A DNA stretch of 64,000 nt from Lama guanicoe (Eukaryota), in contig MU054117.1 of the NCBI GenBank assembly GCA_013239625.1, forward strand, positions 4,268,677-4,332,676, given 5' to 3'. Of the stretch, positions 50,215 to 62,217 are shown one piece after another. The translations under genes and the position numbers were made by a program. Each line of letters begins with the position of its first letter. The first letter of the stretch is position 1. The notes under the pieces are model-generated. The model did not search any database. It saw nothing but the letters and a program-made list of their open reading frames with translations, and was not told the origin of the DNA.

Positions 50215-50308
50215 TATTTTTTTTAATCATTTATTTTATTTTTTAATTGTGGTATAATTGACATTTATGTTAGAATATTATATTAGTTTCAGGTGTACAA
50301 CGTAACGA
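50215..50308 (-). mobile_element. Short L1 3' tail
   Basis: T-rich tract followed by aattgtggtataattgacat...tattatattagtttcaggtgtacaac. Flanked by cttcctt on both sides. Confidence 0.65.
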
Positions 50309-52984
50309 GCTTCCTTCTCAACCAAGAGTGCAGCCAGCAGCCTCCAGCCAGAAATTAGTGATGTTACTGTGTTTCTGTTGTGGTTTATCTTTGTAGCTAT
50401 TTTCTGTTTATTGGCAGGTGGCATTGGTGCTCCATGGGTGGTAACTTATAATATCTCCTTTTAAAATAAATGTAAGTTTAAAAAGTGAACTAACTTAACA
50501 AAAACATTCAGCAAATAACAGTATAAATGGTAAACGGGTATGCTTAAAATCACGAAACCAGCAAGGAGTGGTGTTCAAAATCAGGATCATAGTATTAAAA
50601 TAATGGAAATTGTGAGATCTTTTGCCAGAGGAACCCAGAAAACAAGCAATCGGCATCCGTGCCTTCCTGACTGCATCTCATTTCCCGACTAGACAGTAAG
50701 CTCCCCGCCTCCTCCCTTCAGGGAGGCCTAAGCCACACATTAGCACGTTCCTTCATACAGAGAGTGCGAGGGAAATTCAACTCAGCTCACAGGGAGGGTA
50801 AAAATATTGGAAAATTAAAGCAACATGTGGCAGGTGGGAGAGCCACCTTGGGCCCCAGGCAGAGCCCACGCCATCCCTACCGAGACCTGGGGAAGTGACG
50901 GCACCTCATTCCAGGGCATCCTGCAACCTGCGAGGTACCTTCACCCACGGCAGGTGCGGCTGCAGGTCTCAGATAAAGAAATGGACCTGGCGTGGCGAAG
51001 GCCATGTCAGTGACCTAGCTTGTTGCCCTCTGCACCCGGGGCTCTTCCCACTACCTGCTGCCACCAGGGACACCCCGGTGACGGGCAGGAGAGAGCTCCC
51101 CGAGTTCTCTACGCTCTGCCTGGGAGCCCTGCTCACAGGCCCCGGCCGGCTCAGTCTGAATGCACCCCATCCAATTCCAGGGCGCATGGTGAGACCACAC
51201 GTGGCAAAGCGCCGTGACCACGGACTACCCGGGCAGGGTGGGCAGGGAGCCAGCAGCAAACTTGCACAAACTCTGGGGCTCCGGCTTCAGCTCCGAAGCC
51301 TTTGGGGGTTCCCGTGTCTGCACTTGACAAAGAAAACAACCGAACAGCACACCCTCCGAATTCCCTCCTTCTGACTTCCTGATCCTGAGAAGGTGCTAAA
51401 CCCGCAGGCCCTCCCTGCGGCCTGGAAAGCCTGGGCCCTCCAAGGGCCTGAGGATGAGCTAAGTGTAAGCTCCCTGGGCTGGAGAGCTCAGAGAAGAGGG
51501 AGGCCATCTACGGCCAGACACACCCCACCCCACCAACGCCTGAAGCAACAGATCCCCCGCAGAAACTCAATAAGACAGCAACAGGAACACGAGCGGTCCC
51601 CAGTCCAGGCCCCACCCAGGCCCTCTGGCTGCTGAGCTGCAGAGCAGAGCTGCCGGCCATAGGGGTGGGATGCAGCAGAGAGGCTCCCAGACCAGCGATG
51701 CCCGAGGGACGGTGACCACATTCTGGATGACGACGCAGTGGACCGAGGGTTCCCAAGGTGCCCCTAAGCCACACTCATCAATTTCTTGAAACTTGCCAGG
51801 GAGACTGACAGGCTCCGGCCTCACTGAGCCCCCAGGCAAGTTGGGAGGGATGGAGGGACGAGGGCAGGTGGGGTCTCCACTGGGCACTGTCCACTGCAGC
51901 AGACAGTGACACGGCTGACAATCAGCTGACAATGCTGCCCGCTCCTCTTCCTCTTGCTCCTGCTGAACCAGCGGCTGGTCCCCCCTGCAGTCCTGGAGCA
52001 CATAACAGGGAAGGCGGGCAACGCAGGGGATCTGCTGCTTGTTTGTGGCCTGGATAGAAACAGGCACATTATTTCCCCTGGAGAAAGGCCATCACCCTGC
52101 TCGGCCCAGGAAATCCGCCGGAGCTGGGGGAACCCGCCCAGGGCACAGTGCTCCCTGCAGAACCCTTTACAAAAGTCCTTAAAACACCGGCATGCTTAAT
52201 TCCAACATTCAAACTGGGAACCATTTGGGTGGAAGAACTTACAGGACAGACAACAGAAAATCACAACCAAAACCAAATGCAAAATTAAACACGAATGGCC
52301 AATTCTCCGTTTTCCCATGAATATTTTTCTGCGTCTCATCCACTTCCCGTGCCCTCAATAATCACTCACTGACAACTGCCAGGTTGAAGGAAAAGAACAA
52401 TTTTATGTAGGAACCATTTTAAATCGAGAAAATTATCTTTATCAGTTCAGTGTTTTCATACATGGAGAAAACAGTATCCATTTTTATTTTAGCGGAGACC
52501 ACATCAGTCTAAGCCACAGAAAGCCAGGACTTTCAGGCACAGTTTGAGAACCCCTGAGTATGCCCAGCCTTCTCCTTTTCCAGGCAGGGAAGTCGAGGTC
52601 CAGAAAGAAGCCAGCTGGTGGCAGCACGGGACCCAGGACCCAGGTGCTCTGGCGCCCAGCCCAACCTCTTTCTGCTCCATTTCCTTCTTGGGTTCAAGCA
52701 CATTATGGGTCAAACTACACGTTTCCAAGGGCACCAAGCCAAGTGTCCCAGAGCAGCCCAGAGGGGCCGGCTGACGCCACAGGTGCGCTCAGTCTCCAGG
52801 CCCCGCACATCATGCCGCTGCCTCCAGAGGACCCCGCGGGAACCTTCTCAGAGCCAGGCAGCCTCCAGAGAGCAGCCGGTGAGCGCCCTCATCTGATCTC
52901 CCTTCCACACAGCAGCCAGGCAGGGCGGCCACCGACTCACTGCCTGAGCTTCTCCTAGGTTCGGGGTTCTGTTCATGGGGCCAT

Positions 52985-53465
52985 AATTCTTTTTGGGGTC
53001 TGAAGCCCTAGGACGGTCAGATGAAGTCTATGGATCCCTTCTCAGGACGTTTTTAGATGCATAAAATAATTACACAGGATAACGAGGCTACTCACTATGT
53101 ATAGAAACACAGGTATCAAAATATTTAAGTACAAACTTGTGACACACCGATACACTTGCTTCTCCAACAACACATCAAACAGCAAGGCCCAGCCGCACAT
53201 CTGAAAACTGCCACAACTTCACACTAGTGATGAGTGAAGTGATCTTAGAGATTTGCACAGCCACCACACCATGATACAAATCTACCTGTGACTTCCATGG
53301 TGACAGCCTCACAGGGACTCACAGTAACATCGGTCTGTGTCTATATCCTTAACTGAAGTAAATGCTGTGTTTCAGCTAAATGTTGGTGAGGGGGAAAGTG
53401 CAGTTTTCTACCATCCAAGCTTATGAATTCTATACACAAAACCACCAAGGTTTAAAAACCCCGAT
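52985..53465. mobile_element. MER113-like hAT-Charlie element
   Basis: tttttggggtc...tgaagtctatggatcccttctcag...tttttagatgcataaaataa...tatcaaaatattta...ggtttaaaaacccc. Confidence 0.55.
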
Positions 53466-56426
53466 GCTGCCACAAAGTCCCAGGGGTCACCAGAGAGAAG
53501 GAATCAGGGCAGCCTGATGAGCTGATCCCGGGGAGCAGGAAGACCTTGTCTGCGGTGAAGAGAAGGGGACACTTAAGGCTGGGGGCGCAGAACCATCCTC
53601 ACCATCTACTGAGTACCAGATGCAACCAACAGATGTCTCTAGACCTCAAAGGCTCAAAGAAGACTCCACATGTACCACTTAATGTCAGCTAAGCTTCCTC
53701 ACCCTGCACCTCCTCCCCAGCATCCCAGCTTGCAGGGGGCCGACCCTTCCTGGAGATCAGGGAGCAGTGGACACAGCTCACTGACTGCTCCTGGGCCCCG
53801 GGCACCTGGGGGCCAGGGGAGGGGAGGTCACGTAGCCTAGAGCTTCCAGGCAGGGGGAAGGCTCTCCCCACCTCCCAGACCGTCGGCCCCTCTCCCAGCA
53901 CGCTCTTCCCACATCTGCAGACCTGACTGTGGGACTCTCTGGGCTCAGGTCCGCTTCCCCTGAGAGACTAAAGGCCCTCCGTGTCATCAGCTCCCCCATC
54001 CAGGACATGACACCTTGTAGATGAGCGTCTGCTAAATGAGAGGTAGGCGGGGGGGGGGGTTAATGCAGAGACAGAGCCGGGCGGGTGTCCTTTGGCAGTT
54101 GCTTTCCTTCTGGGTGTCTTTACAGCTGAAGTGACTGCCCGAGCAGGGTCTGGCTGACAAAGACTTTGAACTAATCGAATGACAAGTGGAGGAAGGCCTT
54201 TCTCCACGTTTGTCTCAGAGCCAGAAATACCCAGCACTGCTGTGAGAGGGATGATGAGCAGGACGGGGATCCACTGTCCCCGGACCCTCTGGTCACCGAA
54301 CACTGAGATGGATGCACATGAAAGGAGACGCAGGAGTGATGCTCAGAATGTCGAACCACCAGCGTGGCAGAGCGTCAAGGCAGAACCAGCCACAGACCCC
54401 TGACAGTCACCCAGGAGCACCAGACCCCAGCCTCCCAGGGGGACGGTCACCCAGCCGCACGGAAGCTGGGCCCGACAGAAGGAGCTCACCTCCTGGACCT
54501 GTCTGTTCGCACAGACTCCCTGCAGTCAGGATCTCGGTGCCTAAGGCATAACCAGCAGTGTGAGCCTGGGCAAGTCACACCCCCTGGACGTCGGTTCCCG
54601 CACTCTTACGGAATTGAGAGACATCTCAAGCCCTTCCAAGCTCTTCCAGGTCTAATATCCCCATGACCCCCTTTCCTCATCCCTCACAGACCACACCTGG
54701 TAACAGGAAACCAGCAAAACACAAGCCGGCCAAGGGGTGAACAGGCCAGAAGCCCTAAGCAGGTCAACCTCTGATGCCTGCTCACTGCCACTGCAGGAGG
54801 ACAGGACCGTCAAAGCCCAGGACCTCCTTCCAGCCCCCTTCCTCCTTTTGAGGAATCCTAGGACCACTGGAAGCTTGCCAGTCAAAGAAAGACGCCAGGC
54901 GTAAAGGACTTGAGAAAGAGCCGCACCCCGGCCCTTCCCTCTCTGTTTAAACCCTGGGCCCACTTTCCACTAGGCCAGTTTCTTTCATCACCAGGGCAGC
55001 GCTTATCTGGGTGGTGGGGTGACCCCGTCGGCCAAACGCCCCCCTGCAGAGTCGCTGGAAGAGGCTGGGGAGCACAAGCCCCCCTTGCTTCTCTCTGGAT
55101 CCCCTCCCCCAGGCTGCCCGGAGGCCTCCCCTCGGAGACCAGATCCACGCAGCCCTGCTCCGCTCCGCTCAGCTGTGCGGTCCCCAGGGCAGGGCTGCTG
55201 GGACTGTCTCTGTCGTATTCCCTGAAGTCCCCCAGGGGCTGGAAAGAGGCAGGTGAGCGGCCCTAGGCTCCAGCGGGATGCTTCAGGGCGGGGCACGTGG
55301 GACAGGAACACGTCCAAAGCCGGGGGGAAATCAGTGCGTCTTCCCCGGTCATTAGCGCAAGCCAGCAGCCATGGGGCCGCCACCCGCACCCATGACAGCC
55401 CGGGAGCATCACCGAGAAACGGGATGGACTGGGGCCTCATTAAACGCTGAATTTGCATTCTTCGTGTGCTCCCTGTAGCCTTTCTTAAGAACGCAAACCC
55501 CCGTCCCATCCCAAGGAGGAAACAGACTCATCTCATAATGGTGTCAACAGCGGTGTGGGGACTCCCACCCCACAGAAATACACCACTCCCCTCACTCCAG
55601 TACCTGAAGCCTGCCCAAGGCCTGAGGCAGGAAGACCTCCAGGGGACACTGTCACCCTAGAAAAGCACGCAGCAAGGCTTCCCCAATGATTCAGGAATCT
55701 CCTGTGCCCTCGTTTCCCCTGCAAAGCAAGAGCTGGGAGACACTGTTTCAAAACAGGCTCTTTATGAGTCAGAGAAGGCAGTGCAGCTCTGGGTGTCTGA
55801 TCTGCGGGGCTGCAGGCTGATACCACGTAAGGAGCAGCAGTCACCCGGGGCCGGCCTGGGGCTGCGGGGAGGCCAGGGCAGCCTCCAGGACGGCAAAAAG
55901 CCCAGACAGGTGGCGGTTACTCCTCTGACCCCCATGGATCTCTATTAAGGAGGACAAGGTGCCCCCTAAATCAGTCCCTTTCTGGGTCAGTAACTCCTGG
56001 CCCCTGCAGAGAACCTCTGTGATTCTGGGGAAGGCAGAACAGGAAACCGCCATCAAGGGCTCGTCACTCGTCCCCGGGATGACAAAGACCCCTGGAAGGT
56101 CTGAGATCCCAGCTGGACCACTTCACGGGTGTCACCAAGGCTGAGAAGCTAGCCCCTCGCAACCGGTTTCCTTACAAAGATGGGACTGACACCTGCCTGG
56201 CAGGATATTCGTGGGGTCTGAACAAGGGCACACAAGTGGAAGCAATCCCGTGATACAAGGGATTCAGAAGGCACCCAGGAGAGCTGGCTGGCTTCCTTCC
56301 TTAAAGCTGCCAACTAAACCACACTCTAAAGACAGAGTAATTTCTCAAAGTTGCCCAACCTCTGTCCAAAGGCCTAGGAGGACAGATGTTCCCATCAGCT
56401 GTTAATCAGATGTGTAAAAACTCTTC

Positions 56427-56552
56427 GGAGGGGGAGGGGTAATAACTCAGTGGTAAAGGGCATGCTTGGCATGCCTGAGGTCCTGGGTTCAATCCCCAGT
56501 ACCTCTGTAAATTAACTTATAAAATAAATAAATAATGCAGAGCTTTAAAAAA
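56427..56552 (+). mobile_element. tRNA-derived SINE (Vic-1-like)
   Basis: ggggaggggtaataactcagtggtaaagggcatgcttggcatgcctgaggtcctgggttcaatccccagtacctc plus an A-rich tail. TSD aaaaactcttc at 56416-56426 and 56553-56563. Confidence 0.88.
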
Positions 56553-58464
56553 AAAAACTCTTCCTGGAAAAGAGATGAGAAGAAGGGGTGATGACAAAGG
56601 TCGAGAACAATGGCCTCCAGTTTGAAGGTGAGGCAGTGTTCTGACTCTCCCGGCCCACCACCTTCCCCTCCTAAATGAGCCCCACTGGGAGGTCACGAGT
56701 CCCATCCCCCAAGTGTCCTCCAGGCGTCTCCTTTGGCTTGGCACAGTACTTCGGGTTGAGATGTCAGATGTCAGGGCCATGGAGTGAGTGAGGAGTCAGT
56801 GTCAGAGACACCCTATGCCCTGTGGGGAGGGGATCTCCTCTCTGCAGAGAGAGGGCAGGAGTCTGGCCATTCCTGGGTTCCCAACACCAAGGCAGAGAGG
56901 AGGGCTCTGCCTCCTGAATGAAGCTATGGACCCCTGGGGCCTCCCGGCGGGCACTGCGCCCCTGCCCCACGCCTGACTCTGCCGGGAGCAGCCCCCGGGC
57001 CTGCGGAGACGCCAGACCACGCTGATGAAAGGCAGCTTGTGCTACCGGTTCTCCGCTGCCCTAATCCCAGGAGAGCCAGCACCAAGCAAGGGGGCACCGG
57101 GCCTCCCGGCAATGCCCTCTCCCCATTCCCAGCTGGGGCGACCAGTGGCCCACGAGATGAAGTTTGGGGCCACACTTGCTGGAACTTCGGGGCCTGCGGG
57201 CTGGGGGAAGGTCTTTACACACAAGGCCACAAACGTGCCCTCCCGGCCCACCAGGCGCAACACACACTCCTGCCTCTGCGGCTCGCCCACCCCCGAGATC
57301 CCCCACGGTGCCACCCAAGCATGTGGGTCTCTGCCTCTGTCCTTCCGGTTCCCCGGGTCAGGGCAGGGGGTCGGGAGGAGGTGGGTCACGGGAGGCCTTG
57401 TTCAGCCCGCCGACTCCACAGGCTGCCTGGAGGCTCAAGGCTGGGCGAGTCCCTCAACTGCCTGCATTAGCCTCCCGTTCCGCAGTGACGCCCAACTCCA
57501 AACAGGAGGCCCTCGTTTATGCAAATTGGCAGTGAGGATGCAGGGACCTCTGTCACCCACAGGCATCCCCACTAGGTCTTCAGATGAAATTCTAGTCAAC
57601 TGGCCAAACATAAGAACAGAGCAAACTGTGGTCTAGCCATCCAATGAACACTGACTAGTCTGGAAAATACAAACATGTGCAATGTCAACACGAGGACATA
57701 TGCACATAAAATGAAAAGCGAAACACCAAACGCAAGGTGAGGAACCAGTTCTCCTGCCTAAAGCATGCCTAGACACCAACCAGGGTCCAAAATGAATCCC
57801 ACGATACTCCATCAGCCAGGGTTTGGTGTGTACAAAGTTCTTTTCATCTGTAAGGCTGAGGGAATAGCTTTAAGGGACCTCTGATAGAAACCCACTTCCT
57901 CTCCATTGTCTTAAAATCAAAGAGAAACCAGAACCCAACCCAGAAGAGCGGGGACAGCAGAGCAGGTGGGGCGGCTGCACCTGCTCCCCAGACGGCCACC
58001 AGGTGCAGCTGAACAATGTTGCCACACCTCTGAGGGGCCCGTTCCAGGCTGCTGCTCAAGGCCAGAGGCTGGGCATCCTGACACAGAGAAGAATCGTTCA
58101 GTCCCTAACAGGTCCCCAGAAAGCTGTGCAGACCCTCATGGTCCCCAGCTCTAACCAGTGTTTATCACCAGCACGGCTTGGGGGCCGGTGGAGAAGATCA
58201 TGGGACCAGGGTCCGGAAGGAGGTGACAATTCATTCTCAACCTTGCTGGACTGAAAGGCAACCAACACAGCTGGAGGCAACCTGGGTGCCCACGATCGTG
58301 AGGGGAGTGATGAGGTAGACTAGCGACCACCCATTAGGGAAAGAAATGGATCAGATGCACGTGCAGAAGGTGAATGGTCTGAAAAAGCGCAGAGAGGAAA
58401 GGGTAAGAAGCAGAATGGGCTGTAAAACTGAGTGCCTCTTAGGAAAATTAAAAGTGCAAACAGT

Positions 58465-58770
58465 TTGGAGAAACTGTCGCCACCAAGAGGAGCCCTAAGG
58501 AGACCCGACAACTACACAGACTGTGGGATCCGGGCTGGCATGCCGCAACAGAAAAAGGACAGGAGGTAAAAACTAAGGAAATCTGAACAGAGTAGGCATC
58601 TTAGCTAATGACAGCGTATCCACATTGGCTCACTGACTGTGACAGAGGTACCAAGTCAGTGTAGACATTACTGTTAATAACAGAGGAAACTGGGTACACG
58701 GGAGAGGCAGACTCTCTGTCCAGTTTTTCTGCAAATTCGAAACTGTTCTAAACAATAAAGTCTATTGTTT
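58465..58770 (+). mobile_element. L1MC-like 3' end
   Basis: agaaactgtc...ggagccctaaggagac...acagaaaaaggaca...aaaactaaggaaatctgaa...tgttaataacagaggaaactggg...aaactgttctaaacaataaagtctatt. Confidence 0.7.
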
Positions 58771-59369
58771 TGATGAAAACATTGCATAAAGCAGAAAAAG
58801 ACACTATACATTTTCCAGAAACACAAGGCAGTGTCACCTGCGGAGGGAGCAGGCAGTGAAGGGCAGAGGGAATTTAAATGAGCAACAAGAAGGTCTGCGT
58901 GCAGACCAGTGGCAGTAACACGTCCACATCGTGACTGAGAACTGTGATTGACTCAACTCTTTGCATCAGGGTTGCCCAAACGAATACTTTCAGAAAAGAG
59001 AGGGAGAAAAAGAAAACACTGTGAGACAGTAAGACACAACGGCTACATGAGTGGTGGAGACTCTGGTGACAGAGGGGACTTGGGGGAGGCTGAGTAGCTT
59101 GGGGGACACCCCAGGTAAGAAGAGTTCACTAGGCCTTGAAGCTGGGGTGGGGGGTGGGAGGGGGGAGCTGGTGGCAGTTACACAACAGCGACAACAGTCC
59201 AGGGCATGCTCCACGCCCCCGTCCCACACTGGTCAGTCCTAAGAGCTACCTCTGGTCCCTCCTAATTCCCAGCCGAAGGCAGGAAAATCCAGTAGCAACC
59301 ACAATAAAACATGCCGGAGGGCAGCGAACATCACGGGGATGCTCGCAGAAGTAGTAAAAGGTACAAAGA

Positions 59370-59656
59370 CAGTAACATTTGAATTTCAGACCAATAGATT
59401 TTTCTTTTTAGGCTTTTTTTGCGGGGGTGGGGGCAGTAGTCAGGTCTGTCTGTTTCGTTTTTTCAGTGGAGGTCCTGGGGATTGAACCCAGGACCTCATG
59501 CATGCTAACCACGTGCTCCCTCCCAGACCAATCATTTTTTGGACATGTTCCCAATATTACACAGGGCACACTTATGCTAAAAATCATTTATCACTGATCT
59601 GAAATTCAAGTTGAACTAAGCGCCCTGAATTTCCATTTGCTGAATCTGGCAACTGC
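59370..59656. mobile_element. MER53-like palindromic hAT MITE (split by the SINE)
   Basis: Inverted repeat tgaatttcaga (59380-59390) / tctgaaattca (59598-59608), central ...ccaatattacacagggcacacttatgctaaaa..., terminal atctggcaac. Matches MER53 as I recall it. Confidence 0.65.
59396..59523 (-). mobile_element. tRNA-derived SINE (Vic-1-like), A-box region missing, inserted into a MER53-like MITE
   Basis: ggaggtcctggggattgaacccaggacctcatgcatgctaaccacgtgctc. TSD cagaccaat at 59387-59395 and 59524-59532. Confidence 0.85.
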
Positions 59657-60527
59657 ACTTAATAACAACAACAGTAACTCTTCCTCACGGTTACTGTTCC
59701 AGACACTTTACTTTGCTGTCTTGTCTCATCTTCATCGCAACCCAGTGAAAAATGCATTGTTTTCCATTCCTACAGACAAGGAAACTCCGACTCAAACGGA
59801 CTGAGTCACTTGCCCAAGGTTGGGGGGCTGGCAGGCGCCAGACCTGGGCTGTGAACACCTGTATTCAGACCCGAGTCCACCTCTGGAGAAAGACGCTGTT
59901 CCCCAGCTCAGCAGCCGCCCGGGGCCCAGGCCTCCACTCCCCGATGCTCCCGGAGTCCGACACCCAGAGAAGGTGCCTGACCCACAGCCTCTCACAGGGG
60001 TCGTGGCACCAGCGTCTTGTACAGCCTTCAAAACACACCACTGCCTCGAGAAACCTTCCCACCAGACCCCATCAGAGGCACCAAGACAGCTTTGGGTTCC
60101 CAAAAGGGAAAGCATCCTCACAGCAAGGCAGCCCCAAGTGGCCCTAAAAGAGCACACGTCCCTACACTGGCAGAAAGACTAGAGAGAGGCGGGGCCCCTG
60201 GTAGGAGTATGGATAAGCAGCACAGGTCAGCACAGGGGTCTGAGCCAGGCCACACGCCCTCCTGGGGACAGAAAAACGGATGAATGACCTCTGGGATCCC
60301 TTCCAGTTCAGGGGTGGCATTAACGTGAATCTAACAAAACAGGTTTCTGATGAGAATGTCACCCCACCCCTCAGCATGACACCTTTTTCCAATCACCATA
60401 ATGAGTGTTTATGGAGCACCTACTGTATACCAGACATTATGTGAGATGTTCCCATTGCCCTGTCTAACGACCCAGCGGGTGTCCTTTATTTTGCAGGTGA
60501 GGAATCTGAGGCTCAGGGACGTCACGT

Positions 60528-60810
60528 ATTTATTCAACTATCACTTATTCAGCTCCTACTATGTGCCAGACTCTGTGCCAGGGGCTGAGGATACAGCAGT
60601 GAACCAAACAGGACCCCTGCCTTTATGGAGCCGGTAGGGGCACAGATAAACGACAAGTAAGTCTACCATGTTATTTCAGATGCTAAGTATGATGAAGAAA
60701 CATGAAGCAGGGTCAAGGGACTGAGAGATGGGGGTGAGGGTACTTCATCTAAGACGGTCAGGGAAGATGTCTAGAAGGAGGTAACATTTAAGCAGAGCAA
60801 ACGGGGAAGG
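60528..60810 (-). mobile_element. L2 3' end; MIR immediately upstream (60400-60520)
   Basis: ttattcaac...ctcctactatgtgccagactctgtgccaggggctgaggatacagcagtgaaccaaac...cctgcctttatggagc. Confidence 0.7.
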
Positions 60811-61399
60811 GAGGGAGGGGCAGGAGATGGTTTTGGAGGGGATGGCGAGGGCAGGTCATCTTTAAAGGATCATTGTGATATGGAGAAATGGAGAAGTGAA
60901 TGAAGGATGGATGGATGGATAGATACATTGATAAATGCATTTCCTTAGGCTGCCTACCGATCAGAGGTGAGAATACATACAGCTCACAAGCTGATGAAAT
61001 GTGTCTGATGTCAGTTCCCAAATAACCAGCCTCCTGGGGGCCCCAGACAAGCACATCCCTTACTGAGGTAAGTCCCCTATAGAGAAATTTTCATCCAAAG
61101 TTCAACAGGAAACCAGAACTTCAGCCCAAGGAAACCATCACAGGATGGCGAGCCAGGAGGAAACGCCTTGCCTTCTGTCTCGGACAAAGCCGAGGAGCAC
61201 AGAACGCAAAGCATGTCCCTGCCTCCTCCACCGCCACTCGCGACCTCAAAGGTCTTCCTCAGGCCCTTGAACAAGACAATCTGGTCCGTCGGCCAAAAAA
61301 AAAAAAAGCCACCTGCCAGAAAAAAAAGCCAAGGCTTCCTGCAGGTGACACTGATCACCAGGAGCCCAGCCCGCAGGGCCATCCCGCCCCACCCCCTGG

Positions 61400-62150
61400 G
61401 CCACCCCCTTGGACTCACCTCCAAGTCCTTCTCCAGCTCCAGCCCGGCCTCCATCAGGTTGTGCTCAAACTCCTCCCGCAGCTCCTTCCTCTCTTCCTCC
61501 AGGGCGTCCAGCGGCCCCAGGTCAATGTCACCGGGTGCCCCTGCGCGGGGGTCCTTGCCCGTCTCGCCATTGGAGATGACGGCCAGCGCGTGGCCGGGGT
61601 GCGCCCCGCGTTTCCGGTAGTGGTAGGCGAGCACGTAGTCCACCTTCCTCTGGTTGTCATGGAAGTGCATGCGGCTGAGACGGGCCTCCGAGGACACCTG
61701 CTCACTGGCGTCCAGGTAGTTGTTGATGACCTGGTCAGAGAGGCCGGGACACCGGCGGTGAGGCTCAGTGAGGGAGGGGCGAGCGACCCGGGTGGCCGAC
61801 CTTGTGCTCTGGGCCCAGGGGTGCAGACTGGGAACCAGGGCCCTCGCTGCCCCAGGGAAAGGACGCAGGGGCCCGAGTTCGTCGGCCACGGCCAGGGCCG
61901 GCTCTCGGAGCCTCCAGCCAGCGCTCCACTGCGCCGGCTCGCGAGCCCCCGCGCAGCCCAACCCCGCGCACGCGCACGCACCCCGATGCACACGCTGCAC
62001 GAACCCTGCACATCCCACCGCCGGCCTCCACGCACGGAGCCCCCGCCCGCGCATGCGCACAGCCCCGCGCTCCCGCACACATCTGTGCACGTACGCATCA
62101 CCCGGGTGCGCTTCCACACACCGCCCTCCGCCCTCACGACAGCACCCCAC
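61400..62150. promoter_or_regulatory. CpG island over exon 3 and the adjacent intron; NRF1 palindrome GCGCATGCGC (62049-62058) next to a GC box (62041-62048)
   Basis: Visibly very high GC and CpG density. Motifs were read directly from the sequence. Confidence 0.7.
61419..61730 (-). CDS. ANO2: ANO2 coding exon 3, 312 nt / 104 aa
   Basis: ctctgaccag|GTC ATC AAC...GAG|gtgagt. Translates [104 protein letters not shown], the anoctamin-2 cytosolic N-terminal domain ([25 protein letters not shown]). Phase 0/0, in frame with exons 2 and 4. Confidence 0.97.
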
Positions 62151-62196
62151 CTTCCTGCAGATCTGCACCCGCCACCTGCAAACACATAGTACTCAC

Positions 62197-62217
62197 CGGC
62201 AGGCTCTCTGGATCCAT
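62197..62217 (-). CDS. ANO2: Candidate alternative first coding exon of ANO2 (MDPESLP); 5' end unknown
   Basis: ttccaATG GAT CCA GAG AGC CTG CCG|gtgagt. The strong phase-0 donor matches the phase-0 acceptor of exon 3. There is an in-frame TAG 21 nt upstream and no polypyrimidine acceptor upstream. It sits beside a CpG island. Confidence 0.6.

Larger units (their letters stand above)
16299..61418 (-). other. ANO2: ANO2 intron 3 (45,120 nt, GT-AG)
   Basis: Bounded by the exon 3 donor gtgagt (61418-61413) and the exon 4 acceptor ag (16300-16299). No other anoctamin-like coding sequence was seen within it. Confidence 0.9.

Noticed and set aside
20605..57636. Numerous 100-230 aa Pro/Gly/Arg/Ser-rich ORFs on both strands
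   Set aside because: Expected from GC-rich intronic DNA. They overlap in multiple frames and show no recognisable domains.
61077..62168. 363-aa ORF spanning exon 3
   Set aside because: Only the exon 3 portion is anoctamin-like. It starts at GTG, and its flanks are GC-rich intron read-through past clear splice sites.
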